This document shows, in pieces, positions 46,912-57,241 of a stretch of 64,000 nucleotides of DNA (the first letter of the stretch is position 1; the number at the start of each line of letters is the position of its first letter). A program made the position numbers and the translations under genes. The notes below the pieces were generated by a model. That model worked only from the letters and a program-made list of their open reading frames with translations. It was not told where the DNA came from and did no database searches. Source of the stretch: Alphaproteobacteria bacterium (GTDB lineage: Bacteria > Pseudomonadota > Alphaproteobacteria > MPNO01). The stretch lies in assembly GCA_965205995.1 (NCBI GenBank), contig OZ242200.1, positions 2,073,071 through 2,137,070 of the forward strand. Reading direction: 5' to 3'.

Positions 46912-48237
46912 CTAGCTCCCCGCGCCGTTGGCGGTCATGTAGTCCCGCCAGACATGCATCATCGAGCGCATCGGAAGCTCGCTCATCGAGGACGGGGCCG
47001 AGTACATGATCCCGTCGTCCATGCTGTCCTGGCCCGCATTGCGGTGGAAGCTCACCCACTCGATGCCGTTGCTCTCCAGCCCGTGCTGGCATTTCCACCA
47101 GTTGAACAGATCGTCGGCGTTGACCATCGTCGAGGGCGAATTCACCAGATAGTAATAGGCCAGCGAGCGCTGGTAGATCGCCTCCGGCGCCCCCTTCAGG
47201 CGGAAATGCCAGATCTCGCTCAGCGTGCGGTTGGGGCTGAGCGGGCGGATGGTGCGGAGCTGCTGCAGCGGCGGCTGGACCGAGTTGCACGGATACAAGA
47301 GCACGTGGTGGAGGTCGACGCCCAAAATCTCCTCGGCGCGTTCCTCGCCATAGGAGGCGTACATGCGCCGGACATATTCCGTGGTGTCGGGGTCCTCGGG
47401 ACGCAGCCCCATATAGCCTTCCAGCGTGCAATGGCCCTGCGGGTGGCCGGTGGTGCCGAACTTGTCCCAGCCGTCGATGCCGTGGCGCACGAAATCGGAC
47501 AGGAAGCCGTAGGACATCGGCGGATCTTCGCCCTCGCGCTTCATCTCGTTCTCGACGCTGCGCGCCGCCGCCCCCGTCGATTCATGGGTCGCGCCGGGAT
47601 GCGAGACGTCGATCTGGTTCTCCAGGAAAATTTTCCAGTTGGATTGCTGGATCATGTGGAAGCAGTCGCCGACCACCTCGATCTCGCCCTCGGGCGAGCG
47701 GTCGATGAGCTGGTCGAGCGCGAGCTTGGCCCGCCCCAGATGGGTCTCCAGATCGGGGCCGTCCTTGGCCAGCGAGGCGAACCAGAAGCCGCGATAGTTG
47801 TCGGCCCGCGGCGCCTTCCTGACATGGAAGTCGGGGCTCGCCATGTCGAACCGCGTGCCTTCATAGCCCTTGACGGCGGGGACGCTTTCGAGACGGCCGT
47901 CGAGCTCGAACATCCAGGCGTGGTAGGAGCAGCGGAACAGCTTGCCCGCATTGCCCTTGCGCGCGGTGCAGATCTGCGCGCCGCGATGCGGGCAGCGGTT
48001 GTACAGCACGTTGATCTCGCCGTTCCAGTCGCGCGTCATCAACATCGGCTGGCGGCCGACGCGGGCGAGATAGTAGTCGCCCGGGTTCTTCACCTGGCTC
48101 TCGTGGCCGATATAGATCCACAGCTTTTCGAAGATCCGCTCCATTTCAAGATCGAAGATCCCGGGATCCACATAGGCTTTGCGATGCACCCGGTCGGGCT
48201 CGACCAGGGCGGCGATGTCACTGTCTGACCAAGTCAT
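46912..48237 (-). CDS. Rieske non-heme iron ring-hydroxylating oxygenase alpha subunit
   Basis: CPHRGAQIC...CSYHAW Rieske motif; catalytic domain with the mononuclear-iron His/Asp pattern. Confidence 0.9.
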   Translation of the reverse strand: MTWSDSDIAALVEPDRVHRKAYVDPGIFDLEMERIFEKLWIYIGHESQVKNPGDYYLARVGRQPMLMTRDWNGEINVLYNRCPHRGAQICTARKGNAGKLFRCSYHAWMFELDGRLESVPAVKGYEGTRFDMASPDFHVRKAPRADNYRGFWFASLAKDGPDLETHLGRAKLALDQLIDRSPEGEIEVVGDCFHMIQQSNWKIFLENQIDVSHPGATHESTGAAARSVENEMKREGEDPPMSYGFLSDFVRHGIDGWDKFGTTGHPQGHCTLEGYMGLRPEDPDTTEYVRRMYASYGEERAEEILGVDLHHVLLYPCNSVQPPLQQLRTIRPLSPNRTLSEIWHFRLKGAPEAIYQRSLAYYYLVNSPSTMVNADDLFNWWKCQHGLESNGIEWVSFHRNAGQDSMDDGIMYSAPSSMSELPMRSMMHVWRDYMTANGAGS

Positions 48238-48348
48238 TTTTTCTCTCCCGTCGGCGGCCCGATCATTGCGGCTCGCCCATCAATTGACTAGAGCATTTTC
48301 ACGCGAATTGGAATCGACCGGGCGCGGACCGGCGGGGAGAACTAGACA

Positions 48349-49131
48349 GTGGCGGATTTCGACGACCACGCGGTGCTGATCACCGGCCCGGCCAAGGGCA
48401 TGGGGGCGCGGATCACGCGAAGGTTTGCCGAGGAGGGGGCGGACCTCGTGCTCGCCGGGCGCGACATCGCGGCGATCGAGCCGGTCGCCGAAGAGGCGAA
48501 GGCGATGGGCCGCGGCGCCATCGTCGCGCCCTGCGACGTGACCGACTCAGGAGCGGTCGAGGCGGCGGTCGCGGCCGGGATGGCGGCCTATGGCAAGATC
48601 GACGTGCTGGTCAACGTCGCCGGCGGCACCGGCCCGCTCGGGCGCTCCTCCTGGGAGATCGAGCCCGACGCGTTCGACCGGATCGTGGAGCTCAACATGA
48701 AGGGGGCGTGGCTCACCATGCGGGCGGTGATCCCCCACATGATCGAACGGCGCTACGGCAAGATCGTCAATGTCGGCGGCACCTTCGGGCTGCGCGGCCG
48801 CCAGGGCAGGATGGCCTATTCCGCGTCCAAATGGGGGCTGCGCGGAATCACCAAGTCGACCGCGCTGGAGGTCGGCCCGCACAACATCAACGTCAACTGC
48901 GTCTGCCCCGGCATGGTCGACGGGCCGCGCTTCCGCAAGGTCTGCGCCGAGCGCGCGGAACGCCTCGGCATATCTGTCGCCGAAGCGCGCCGGCAGCACG
49001 AGGACGAATACGCTCTCAAGCGGATTTCCACCGATTCGGACGTCGCCGAGGCGGTGCTCTTTTTCGCCAGCGAGCGCGCGCGTAACATCACCGGCCAGGA
49101 TCTCGCGGTCGACGGCGGCTGGGTAATCTAG
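48349..49131 (+). CDS. short-chain dehydrogenase/reductase
   Basis: ITGPAKGMGA, NVAG, YSASKWGLRGITKS motifs. Confidence 0.85.
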   Translation: MADFDDHAVLITGPAKGMGARITRRFAEEGADLVLAGRDIAAIEPVAEEAKAMGRGAIVAPCDVTDSGAVEAAVAAGMAAYGKIDVLVNVAGGTGPLGRSSWEIEPDAFDRIVELNMKGAWLTMRAVIPHMIERRYGKIVNVGGTFGLRGRQGRMAYSASKWGLRGITKSTALEVGPHNINVNCVCPGMVDGPRFRKVCAERAERLGISVAEARRQHEDEYALKRISTDSDVAEAVLFFASERARNITGQDLAVDGGWVI

Positions 49132-49142
49132 GAGGCTGTGGG

Positions 49143-50558
49143 ATGAAAACGGTCGATCTGTTGATCAAGGGCGGTTCGGTGGTCTCGCCCACGGCGACCA
49201 TCGAAGCCGATATCGCGATCGACGGCGAGCGGATCGTCGGCATCGCGGCGGGCGAGATGTCGCCGCCGGCGCGCGAGACCGTCGATGCCAGCGGCCTCCA
49301 CGTCCTCCCCGGCGCGGTGGACAGCCACGTCCATTTCCGCGAGCCCGGCTACGACCACAAGGAGAACTGGGAGACCGGCACCGCGGCGGCGGCCTGCGGC
49401 GGCACCACCAGCGTCTTCGAGATGCCCAACACCCACCCGCCGACCGGGACGCTGGAGGCGCTGCGCGACAAGCAGGCGCGCGCCAAGCGGCAGGCCCATG
49501 TCGATTACGGCATCTACGGATTGCTCGACGAGAACAATATCGACCGCCTCGAAGACCTCACCCGGGCCGGGGTGAGCGGCTTCAAGTGCTTCATGGGAAA
49601 CACCTTCGGCGACCTGCCGGCACCGTCCGACGGCGCGATGCTGGAGGGGTTCGAGATCCTGGCCAGGCTCGGCATGCGCTGCACCGTCCATGCCGAGAAC
49701 GCGTCGATCATGGCCCGCCGCGAGGCGAAGATGAAGGAGGCGGGGCGCAACGACGCGCGCGCCCATCTCGCCGCCCGGCCGGAGATCTGCGCCATCGAGG
49801 CGGTCGGCCGGGCGACCGCCTTCGCCGAGTGGACCGGGGCGCGGCTCCATATCGCGCACAAGAGCTCGGCCGACGGGCTCGACCTGGTGCGCCGCGCCAA
49901 GGCCCGCGGCGTCGACGTGACGGTCGAGACCTGCCCGCAATACCTGATCTTCTCGGTCGACGACATGGACGCGCTCGGCGGCCAGCTCCGGGTCAACCCG
50001 CCGATCCGCGAAAAGGGCCATGCCGAGGCGCTGTGGGCGGCGCTCCATGACGGGACGATCGACATGATCGCCACCGACCACGCGCCGCATCTGCCGGAGG
50101 AGAAGGCGTCCAACAGCATCTGGGAGTGCGAATGCGGCTTCCCCGGCGTCGAGACCCAGATGCCGATCATGCTGACCCAGGTGGCGGAGAGGCGGCTTAC
50201 ACTCAACCAGTATGTCGAATGGTCCGCCGCGGCGCCGGCGAGGGCGTGGGGCTGCTATCCCCGCAAGGGGGCGATCGCGCCCGGCTCGGACGCCGACATC
50301 GCCATCGTCGACCTCGGGGCGGAGGGGAGGATCGCGCGCGACCGCCTCCACTCCCGGAGCCGGATGACGCCCTGGCACGGCTTCGAGACCAAGGGGCGCG
50401 TGGTCCACACGCTGGTCCGCGGCAAGATCGTGGTCCGCGACGGGCATCTGGCGGGAACGCCGGGCTGGGGGCGCCCGGTGATCCAGGAAATGCCCGAACC
50501 GGCGCCGCGCAACGCCGACAAGACCACGGCCGCGATCGCCGCCTACCGGCCCGACTGA
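49143..50558 (+). CDS. cyclic amidohydrolase (dihydropyrimidinase / hydantoinase / allantoinase family)
   Basis: DSHVHFREPG metal motif, 471 aa. Confidence 0.85.
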   Translation: MKTVDLLIKGGSVVSPTATIEADIAIDGERIVGIAAGEMSPPARETVDASGLHVLPGAVDSHVHFREPGYDHKENWETGTAAAACGGTTSVFEMPNTHPPTGTLEALRDKQARAKRQAHVDYGIYGLLDENNIDRLEDLTRAGVSGFKCFMGNTFGDLPAPSDGAMLEGFEILARLGMRCTVHAENASIMARREAKMKEAGRNDARAHLAARPEICAIEAVGRATAFAEWTGARLHIAHKSSADGLDLVRRAKARGVDVTVETCPQYLIFSVDDMDALGGQLRVNPPIREKGHAEALWAALHDGTIDMIATDHAPHLPEEKASNSIWECECGFPGVETQMPIMLTQVAERRLTLNQYVEWSAAAPARAWGCYPRKGAIAPGSDADIAIVDLGAEGRIARDRLHSRSRMTPWHGFETKGRVVHTLVRGKIVVRDGHLAGTPGWGRPVIQEMPEPAPRNADKTTAAIAAYRPD

Positions 50559-51712
50559 CCGAGCCCGAGCAGGGCCTCGACCACGGCGAGAAGGATCTCC
50601 GCCGCCGGGGCGAGATCGGCGATCGGCACCCATTCGTTCGCCGTGTGCCCCTGATCCGCCGCGCCGGGGCCGAAGGTCAGGATCTCGATTCCGTCTTTGG
50701 CGAAAAAGCGCCCGTCGCTCGCCCCTACGGCGATGAGTTCGCGCACCGGTTTACCGGCCACCCGCTCGATCGCGCGGTGGAACGCGTCGATGCAGGGTGC
50801 ATCGCCGGGCGAGGCGAAGCCGTCGGTGCCGGTCAGGAATTCGAACCCGTAGCTCACATCCGGCTCACCGGACGCGGCGAGCGCCGCCTCCATCTCGGCG
50901 AAGGCCGCGTCCACTTTCTCTTCCGGCAGCGTGCGCCGGTCGATCTCGATGACGCATTCGCACGGCACCGTGTTGGTGTTGTAGCCGCCGCGGATGATGC
51001 CGATGTTCATGGTCGATTTGAGCCTGCGGCGCCGGCGCACCGCGAGCCTCGGGGCGAGCTCGCGCCGCAGGACCTCGATCAGCCGCATCATGCGAATAAT
51101 CGCGTTGTCGCCGGCCCCCGGGTCGCCGGCATGGGCAGCGCGGCCGCGCGCGGTGAGCCGGGTCCAGAACACGCCTCGCTCCTCGGCGATCGCCTGGAGT
51201 TGGGTCTGCGCGCCGAGGATCAAATAGTCGGGCCGGACCGTCCCCGCTTCGCGGAGGAAGGCGAGCCCGTTGGGGCCCAGCCGTTCCTCGTCGCCGACGA
51301 AGGTGAACACGATTTCGCCGGTGCGCGGCCCGCCGGCCGCGGCGATGCGCTCGGCGAGCCAGAGCTGGACCGCCATCGAGGCCTTGCAGTTGCCGGCGCC
51401 GAGCCCGTGCACATTGCCGTCGATCTCGGTGGCGACGAACGGGTCGGTGAGCCAGTTCGCGCGGTCGCCGATATTGACGGTGTCGGCATGGGCGTTGAAG
51501 ACCAGCGACGGTGCGCCCTCGCCCATTCGCCCGACCGCGTTGGCGACGCCGTCGGCGCGCGACAGAGTTTCCACCGCGTAGCCGGCGGCCGCCAGCCGCT
51601 CCGCCGCATAGGCGCAGATCGCCGTGGTGTCGCCCGGCGGGTCGGTAGAGGGGATGGCGATCAGATCTCTGAGGATCGCCGTCACGGCATCGGTTGTCTG
51701 TTTGCGTTCCAT
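50543..51712 (-). CDS. M20-family metallopeptidase/deacylase (ArgE/DapE/YgeY-like)
   Basis: HADTV..GD and GDEE(R)LGPNG metal-ligand motifs. Start taken at MERKQTTDAV. Confidence 0.85.
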   Translation of the reverse strand: MERKQTTDAVTAILRDLIAIPSTDPPGDTTAICAYAAERLAAAGYAVETLSRADGVANAVGRMGEGAPSLVFNAHADTVNIGDRANWLTDPFVATEIDGNVHGLGAGNCKASMAVQLWLAERIAAAGGPRTGEIVFTFVGDEERLGPNGLAFLREAGTVRPDYLILGAQTQLQAIAEERGVFWTRLTARGRAAHAGDPGAGDNAIIRMMRLIEVLRRELAPRLAVRRRRRLKSTMNIGIIRGGYNTNTVPCECVIEIDRRTLPEEKVDAAFAEMEAALAASGEPDVSYGFEFLTGTDGFASPGDAPCIDAFHRAIERVAGKPVRELIAVGASDGRFFAKDGIEILTFGPGAADQGHTANEWVPIADLAPAAEILLAVVEALLGLGQSGR

Positions 51713-51759
51713 GGCATGACCGATTGCAATGGGAGAGAAACTGGAGGAAGGGTCCCTAC

Positions 51760-53289
51760 ATGCCTCAAGCGGCACCGAACGGCAACAACGACGGCCTCAC
51801 CGTCATCCGCGGCGGAACGGTTCTGCCCTGCGACGGCTCCAGCCGGGTCATCGAGAACGGCGAAATCTGGTTCGAAGGCGGCGAGATCCGCGCGGTCTGC
51901 GAAGCCGGCGGGTTCGATGCGCCGCCGGGCGCCAAGGCGACCGCAATCGAGGCCGCCGGGCGGATCGTCATGCCGGGTCTGATCAACGCCCATTCGCATT
52001 CCTACACGGCGCTGCTCAAGGGCACGGTGGATGCGGTGCCGCTCGACCTCTACATGATCCGCGCGATCGCCGGGGGCAGCGACCGGACACCGCGCGAGAT
52101 CTTCGTCTCCGCCCAGGTCGATTGCATCACGCTGCTGAAATCGGGCGTCACCTCGGTGATCGACCACTATTCCGAGCGCCCGCAAACCACCGCGGAAGGG
52201 CTGGAGGCGGTGGCGGCGGGGTACCGCGAGGCCGGGCTGCGCGCCCGCATCGCGCCGATGTTCGCGGATTTGCCCTATCTCGACACGCTGCCGATCGACG
52301 CCGCCCGCCTGCCGGGCGAATTGCGGGACTTCTACGAGGGGATGGGCACTCCCGACGCGGACGCCTATTTCGCGACCCTGGACGGCGCGCTGGAGACGCT
52401 CGATACCGGGTCCGGGCGTATCGGCCTCTTGCTCGGGGTCGACGGGCCGCAGCGCTGCAGCGACGCGCTGATCGAAATGACCGCCGATGCCAAGAAGCGC
52501 ACCGGGCTCGGCCTCCACACCCACATGCTGGAGGCGAAGACCCAGGCGGCGATGCGCGGCGCGGGGGAAGGCTTCGTCGCCAGGCTGGCGCGGCTCGGCA
52601 TCGTCGACGAGAAGAGCTCCTTCGCCCATTTCGTCTGGTCGGCGGAGGACGACATCGCCGCCGCGCGCGAGGCCGGGCTGACGGTGATCCACCCGGCGCC
52701 GTCCAACATGATGCTGGGCTCCGGCGTCTGCCCGATGCTGCGCCTGGTCGAGACCGGCATCCCGGTCGCCTTCGGCTCGGACGGCTCGAACTGCACCCCG
52801 GCCGGGCTGCTGGAGACGATCCGGGTGGCGGCTTACCTCTCGCGGCTGACCGAGCCCGACCCCGACAAGTGGATCGACGCCCCCGGCATGCTCGCGCTTG
52901 CCATGCAGGGCGGCGCGCGGGCGATGGGCGAGGCGGGGCGGATCGGCACCCTCGCCCCCGGCGCGCGGGCCGACATCCTGGTCATCGACACGCGCAACCA
53001 CTGGCACATGCCGATGGGCGATCCCTGGCGGCATGTCCTGTTCTACGAGCAGGGCGCCGGCACCGAGCATGTCTGGATCGACGGCCGCCGCGTCGTCCGC
53101 GACGGCGCGGTGCTGACGATCGACGAGGACGCGATTCTCGCCGAGGCCGGCCGGATCGCCGCCCGCTTCGCCGAACGCCTCGGCGGTCGCGAGGCGTTCA
53201 TCGCCCGACACCACGCCCCGTTCCGCGGCATGCTGCTCGATGCCCATGCGCGCGACATCGGCATCGAACGGCTGATCCGCCTGCGGTGA
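51760..53289 (+). CDS. TRZ/ATZ-family amidohydrolase (SsnA/chlorohydrolase/aminohydrolase-like)
   Basis: PGLINAHSHSYTALLKG metal motif; about 509 aa from ATG 51760. Paralogous to 1011..2384. Confidence 0.85.
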   Translation: MPQAAPNGNNDGLTVIRGGTVLPCDGSSRVIENGEIWFEGGEIRAVCEAGGFDAPPGAKATAIEAAGRIVMPGLINAHSHSYTALLKGTVDAVPLDLYMIRAIAGGSDRTPREIFVSAQVDCITLLKSGVTSVIDHYSERPQTTAEGLEAVAAGYREAGLRARIAPMFADLPYLDTLPIDAARLPGELRDFYEGMGTPDADAYFATLDGALETLDTGSGRIGLLLGVDGPQRCSDALIEMTADAKKRTGLGLHTHMLEAKTQAAMRGAGEGFVARLARLGIVDEKSSFAHFVWSAEDDIAAAREAGLTVIHPAPSNMMLGSGVCPMLRLVETGIPVAFGSDGSNCTPAGLLETIRVAAYLSRLTEPDPDKWIDAPGMLALAMQGGARAMGEAGRIGTLAPGARADILVIDTRNHWHMPMGDPWRHVLFYEQGAGTEHVWIDGRRVVRDGAVLTIDEDAILAEAGRIAARFAERLGGREAFIARHHAPFRGMLLDAHARDIGIERLIRLR

Positions 53290-53389
53290 AGGCGGCTGTG
53301 CCTTCGGTTCGGGAGAGCACTAGCAAGAGATGTGGCAGGTCAATGCCTGCCCGTTTGCCCATACAAGTGTCTAAAGGGCGACTGCGAGA

Positions 53390-53570
53390 CCGTGCACAAC
53401 TACAGAACCAAAAGCAGTATAACTAAAATAATTATTTCTTTTTCAATTGTTATTTTCATAATTTTTTTCCTTTCTTATTGGTTTTATTGTTGTATATTAA
53501 CACATATAGAAGTATTAGTCAAGAACAAAATTCTCTTATTCTAAGTTTTATCTGGTGATCTCAAACTGAG
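53390..53570. other. sharply AT-rich island (contrasts with a GC-rich background) between the amidohydrolase stop and selA
   Basis: Read directly (...aaccaaaagcagtataactaaaataattatttctttttcaattgttattttcataatttttttcc...). Confidence 0.9.
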
Positions 53571-53718
53571 CTCTTCGTGTGTCTCGGCCTCGTAGCCTCG
53601 GTATCTCTTACGCCCACTTTGCTACCGTTGGGCAATCCCGAAATATCTGTTGCCTGCCCGATAGTGCTTCGGAAACGGGGAAGTGCCGGGACAACTCAGC
53701 GTGTTAACCTCTGAGGCC

Positions 53719-55146
53719 ATGCTGAAAGACCCGTCACCGCTACTTTCATCGATCCCGTCGGTCGACCGGCTGCTCGACGCGGCGCCCCTGCGGGAGGCGG
53801 TCGAACGGCACGGTCGGGTCGCTGTCGTCGAAGCGGCGCGCGGGGTTCTGGACGAAATCCGAGGCGCCATCGGGGCAGGCGCCGAGACCGATCCCGGCGC
53901 GGTCGAGCCGTCGGCTCTGGCGGCCAGGATCGTGGCGCGCGCGGAGGCGGAGGCCGCGCCGTCGCTCAGGCCGGTGTTCAACCTGACCGGCACGGTGCTG
54001 CACACCAATCTCGGCCGTGCGAGCCTCGCCGCGGAGGCGATCGAAGCCGCCGTGGAGGCGGCCGCCCGGCCGTCGACGCTGGAATACGATATCGGCGGGG
54101 CCAGGCGCGGTGATCGCGATGTCCATGTCGACGGGCTGCTGCGCCGCCTGACCGGCGCCGAGGCGGCGACGGTGGTGAACAACAACGCCGCCGCGGTGCT
54201 GCTCGTGCTCTCGACGCTGGCGAAGGGTCGGGAAGTGCCGGTCTCGCGCGGCGAGCTTGTCGAGATCGGCGGCTCGTTCCGGATGCCCGACGTGATGGCG
54301 GAGGCCGGCTGCATCCTGCGCGAGGTCGGCACCACCAACCGAACCCATCTTCGGGACTTCGCGGCGGCGATAAACGATGAAACCGCGCTGGTGATGAAGG
54401 TGCATGCCAGCAACTACGCGATCCAGGGATTCACCGCCGAGGTGCCCGAGGCCGAGCTCGCGGCGCTCTGCGCGGAGCACGGCATTCCCTTCGCGGTCGA
54501 CCTCGGCAGCGGCGCGCTGCTGCGGCTGGAGCGCTACGGGCTCGCGCACGAAACCACGGTGGCGGAAACGCTTGCCGCCGGCGCCGACCTCGTCACCTTC
54601 AGCGGCGACAAGCTGCTCGGCGGGCCGCAGGCCGGGCTGATCGTCGGCCGGCGCGAGCCGATCGCGGCGCTCAAGCGCAACCCGCTCAAGCGCGCGCTCA
54701 GGCTGGACAAGATGACCCTCGCCGCGCTGTCGGCCACGCTGGCGCTCTATCTCGACCCCGACCGCATCGCCGAACGCCTGCCCACGCTGCGCAACCTGAC
54801 CCGGCCCGAGGAGGCAATCGCCGCCCTCTGTGCGGAGATCGCCCCGGCGCTGCGCGAAAGCGTAGGCGATGGCTTCGAGGTCGAGACCGTGCCATGCCTC
54901 AGCCAGATCGGCAGCGGCGCGCTTCCGGTCGCCAGCATCCCGAGCCGGGCGATCGCGATCAGACCGAAGGCGGGCGGCGGCGGGGCGCTCAAGCGGCTGG
55001 CCGCCTGCTTCGCCGGACTTCCGGTGCCGGTCGTCGGGCGGATCGCCGACGGCGCGCTCATGTTCGACCTCCGCTGTCTCGAAGACGCCGGGGCCTTCCG
55101 CGCCCAGCTCGCTCATCTCTCCATCGGGGATGCGCCCGGAAAATGA
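53719..55146 (+). CDS. selA: L-seryl-tRNA(Sec) selenium transferase
   Basis: N-terminal [12 protein letters not shown] and SelA core. ATG 53719 preferred over GTG 53683 because of a GAGG SD. Confidence 0.9.
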   Translation: MLKDPSPLLSSIPSVDRLLDAAPLREAVERHGRVAVVEAARGVLDEIRGAIGAGAETDPGAVEPSALAARIVARAEAEAAPSLRPVFNLTGTVLHTNLGRASLAAEAIEAAVEAAARPSTLEYDIGGARRGDRDVHVDGLLRRLTGAEAATVVNNNAAAVLLVLSTLAKGREVPVSRGELVEIGGSFRMPDVMAEAGCILREVGTTNRTHLRDFAAAINDETALVMKVHASNYAIQGFTAEVPEAELAALCAEHGIPFAVDLGSGALLRLERYGLAHETTVAETLAAGADLVTFSGDKLLGGPQAGLIVGRREPIAALKRNPLKRALRLDKMTLAALSATLALYLDPDRIAERLPTLRNLTRPEEAIAALCAEIAPALRESVGDGFEVETVPCLSQIGSGALPVASIPSRAIAIRPKAGGGGALKRLAACFAGLPVPVVGRIADGALMFDLRCLEDAGAFRAQLAHLSIGDAPGK

Positions 55147-57083
55147 TTGTGGCGACGGCGGGCCATGTCGACCACGGCAAGACGTCGCTGGTCCGCGCGC
55201 TGACCGGGATCGACACCGATCGCCTGCCGGAGGAGAAGCGGCGCAACCTGACGATCGATCTCGGCTTCGCCTATATGCCGCTGGCGGACGGCGGGGTGCT
55301 GGGGTTCGTCGACGTGCCGGGTCACGAGCGCTTCATCCGCAACATGCTGTGCGGCGTGGCGGCGATCGACTTTGCGCTCCTGGTTGTCGCCGCCGATGAC
55401 GGGGTGATGCCCCAGACGCGGGAGCATCTCGCGATCCTCGAACTGATGGGCGTCGCCGAAGGCGCGGTGGCGATCACCAAGACCGACCGGGTCGATTCCG
55501 ACCGGGTCGCCGAGGTGGCGGAGGAGATCGAGCTCTATCTCGACGAGACCCGGCTCGCCGGCGCGCCCTGCTTCCCGCTCTCCTCGGTCGACGGAAGCGG
55601 CGTGGACCGGCTGAAGGCGCATCTCGAGGCCAAAGCGGGCGAAATCGAGCGCCGCCCGGCGGACGGGCATTTCCGCCTCGCCGTCGACCGCGCCTTCACC
55701 GTGGTCGGCGCCGGGCTGGTGGTGACGGGAACCGCGTTCTCGGGCGGCGTCGCGGTCGGCGATCAGCTCGTGCTGTCGCCGCGGCGCATCCCGGTTCGAG
55801 TCCGCGGGCTCCACGCCCAGGACCGCAAGGCGGAAAGCGGCCGGTCGGGCGAACGGCTCGCGCTCAACATCGTCGGCCAGTCGTTCGGCAAGGACGATGT
55901 CGCGCGCGGCGACTGGGTGGTCGCCGCGGACGCCCATCTGCCGGCCCGGCGGATCGACGCGATTGTGCGAATCCTCGACGACGAGACCCGGCCGGTGGCG
56001 CATTGGACGCCGGTCCATCTGCATCTCGCCGCCTCTGACGTGACCGGCAGGCTCGCGCTGCTGGAAGCGAAGTCCCTCGCCCCCGGGCAATCCGGCCTTG
56101 CCCAGCTCGTGCTCGACCGGCCGATCGGCGCGATGCATGGCGACCGGTTCGTGCTGCGCGACACCTCGGCGACGCGCACCATCGGCGGTGGGAGTGTGGT
56201 CGACATCCTGCCGCCGGCGAGAGGGCGCGCGCGGCCGGCGCGGCTCGCCTATCTGAAGGCCGTCATGCAGCCCGACCCGTCCGCCGCGCTGCAGGCCGCC
56301 ATCGACGGCGCGGAGGATGAGGTCGATCTGGCGAACTTCGCCCGCGCCCGAAACCTCACCGACGACGCGCGCAAAAAAATCTTCGCGGCGGCAAGCATGG
56401 TGCGGCTGCGCGACGGCGAGCGCGACATCGCGCTCTCGAAACCGCGCTGGGCGCGCCTGAAATCCGCCGTCGAGGCGGCGCTCGGCCGCTGGCACGAGAG
56501 CAACGCAGACGCGGTCGGGCCGACCGAAGCCAATCTGCGCTCGGCGATGGAGCCCCGCATCGCGGTCGGTCTCTTGAAGCTGGCGATCCCGTATCTCGAG
56601 CGCGACGGGGTGCTGGTCCGCGAAGGGGCGCGCGTCCAGCTGCCGGGTCACCGGCCGCGGATGTCGGCCGCCGACGAGGCGCTGTGGCGCGGTCTCGAGA
56701 CCCTGCTGGAGGAGGGCGGGACCCGCCCGCCGCTGATCGGCGAGATTGCGGAGAGGACCGGCATGGACACAAGGCGGATCGCCACCTTCCTCGGCCGCGC
56801 CGCGAAACTCGGCCTCGTGGTGGGCGCGGCGAAGAACCGCTATTTCACGCCCGCCGCGCTGCGCAGCCTCGCCGAAAGCCTGGAGGCGGCGGCGGAAGAC
56901 TCGGCCGCAGGCACTGTCACCGCGGCGTCGTTCCGCGACAAGGCCGGGATCGGGCGCAACCTCGCCATCGAAGTGCTGGAACATTTCGACAAGATCCGCT
57001 TCACCCGGCGCTCCGGCAACGAGCGCAAGATCCTGCGCCCGGCGGGCGAGGTGTTCGGCGGAAGCGGCGGGCGGGAGACCTGA
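55143..57083 (+). CDS. selB: selenocysteine-specific translation elongation factor
   Basis: [23 protein letters not shown]-domain, DVPGHERFI, long C-terminal winged-helix extension. ATG overlaps the selA stop. Confidence 0.9.
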   Translation: MIVATAGHVDHGKTSLVRALTGIDTDRLPEEKRRNLTIDLGFAYMPLADGGVLGFVDVPGHERFIRNMLCGVAAIDFALLVVAADDGVMPQTREHLAILELMGVAEGAVAITKTDRVDSDRVAEVAEEIELYLDETRLAGAPCFPLSSVDGSGVDRLKAHLEAKAGEIERRPADGHFRLAVDRAFTVVGAGLVVTGTAFSGGVAVGDQLVLSPRRIPVRVRGLHAQDRKAESGRSGERLALNIVGQSFGKDDVARGDWVVAADAHLPARRIDAIVRILDDETRPVAHWTPVHLHLAASDVTGRLALLEAKSLAPGQSGLAQLVLDRPIGAMHGDRFVLRDTSATRTIGGGSVVDILPPARGRARPARLAYLKAVMQPDPSAALQAAIDGAEDEVDLANFARARNLTDDARKKIFAAASMVRLRDGERDIALSKPRWARLKSAVEAALGRWHESNADAVGPTEANLRSAMEPRIAVGLLKLAIPYLERDGVLVREGARVQLPGHRPRMSAADEALWRGLETLLEEGGTRPPLIGEIAERTGMDTRRIATFLGRAAKLGLVVGAAKNRYFTPAALRSLAESLEAAAEDSAAGTVTAASFRDKAGIGRNLAIEVLEHFDKIRFTRRSGNERKILRPAGEVFGGSGGRET

Positions 57084-57141
57084 ACCCGCAGGCAATTCAC
57101 GGTTGACGGGATCTCCGTGACGGCCTCAATCTCTCGCTCAC

Positions 57142-57237
57142 GGAAAAGAATCGCGGCCCGGTGGCGCGCCTGGTCTTCAAAACCAGTGAGGGGCGTGAGA
57201 CGTCCCTGGTGGGTTCGACTCCCACTCTTTTCCGCCA
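57142..57237 (+). tRNA. selC: tRNA-Sec (anticodon UCA)
   Basis: GGAAAAGA...UCUUUUCC 8-bp acceptor stem, anticodon loop CUUCAAA, long variable arm, T-loop GGUUCGACUCC, 3' GCCA, read directly. Confidence 0.85.
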
Positions 57238-57241
57238 CCCC

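Noticed and set aside
53290-53360. SECIS element directly after the amidohydrolase TGA
   Set aside because: Only short imperfect stems (GUGC/GCAC; GGCAGG/CCUGCC about 45 nt downstream) could be drawn. None has the spacing or loop features of bacterial SECIS elements
53332-53544. 70-aa Cys-rich/hydrophobic ORF inside the AT-rich island, taken as an independent small membrane toxin gene
   Set aside because: Its hydrophobic half is simply the translation of very AT-rich DNA (Ile/Phe/Leu/Lys/Asn/Tyr codons). No SD or promoter-like context. Kept only as part of the in-frame-after-TGA observation
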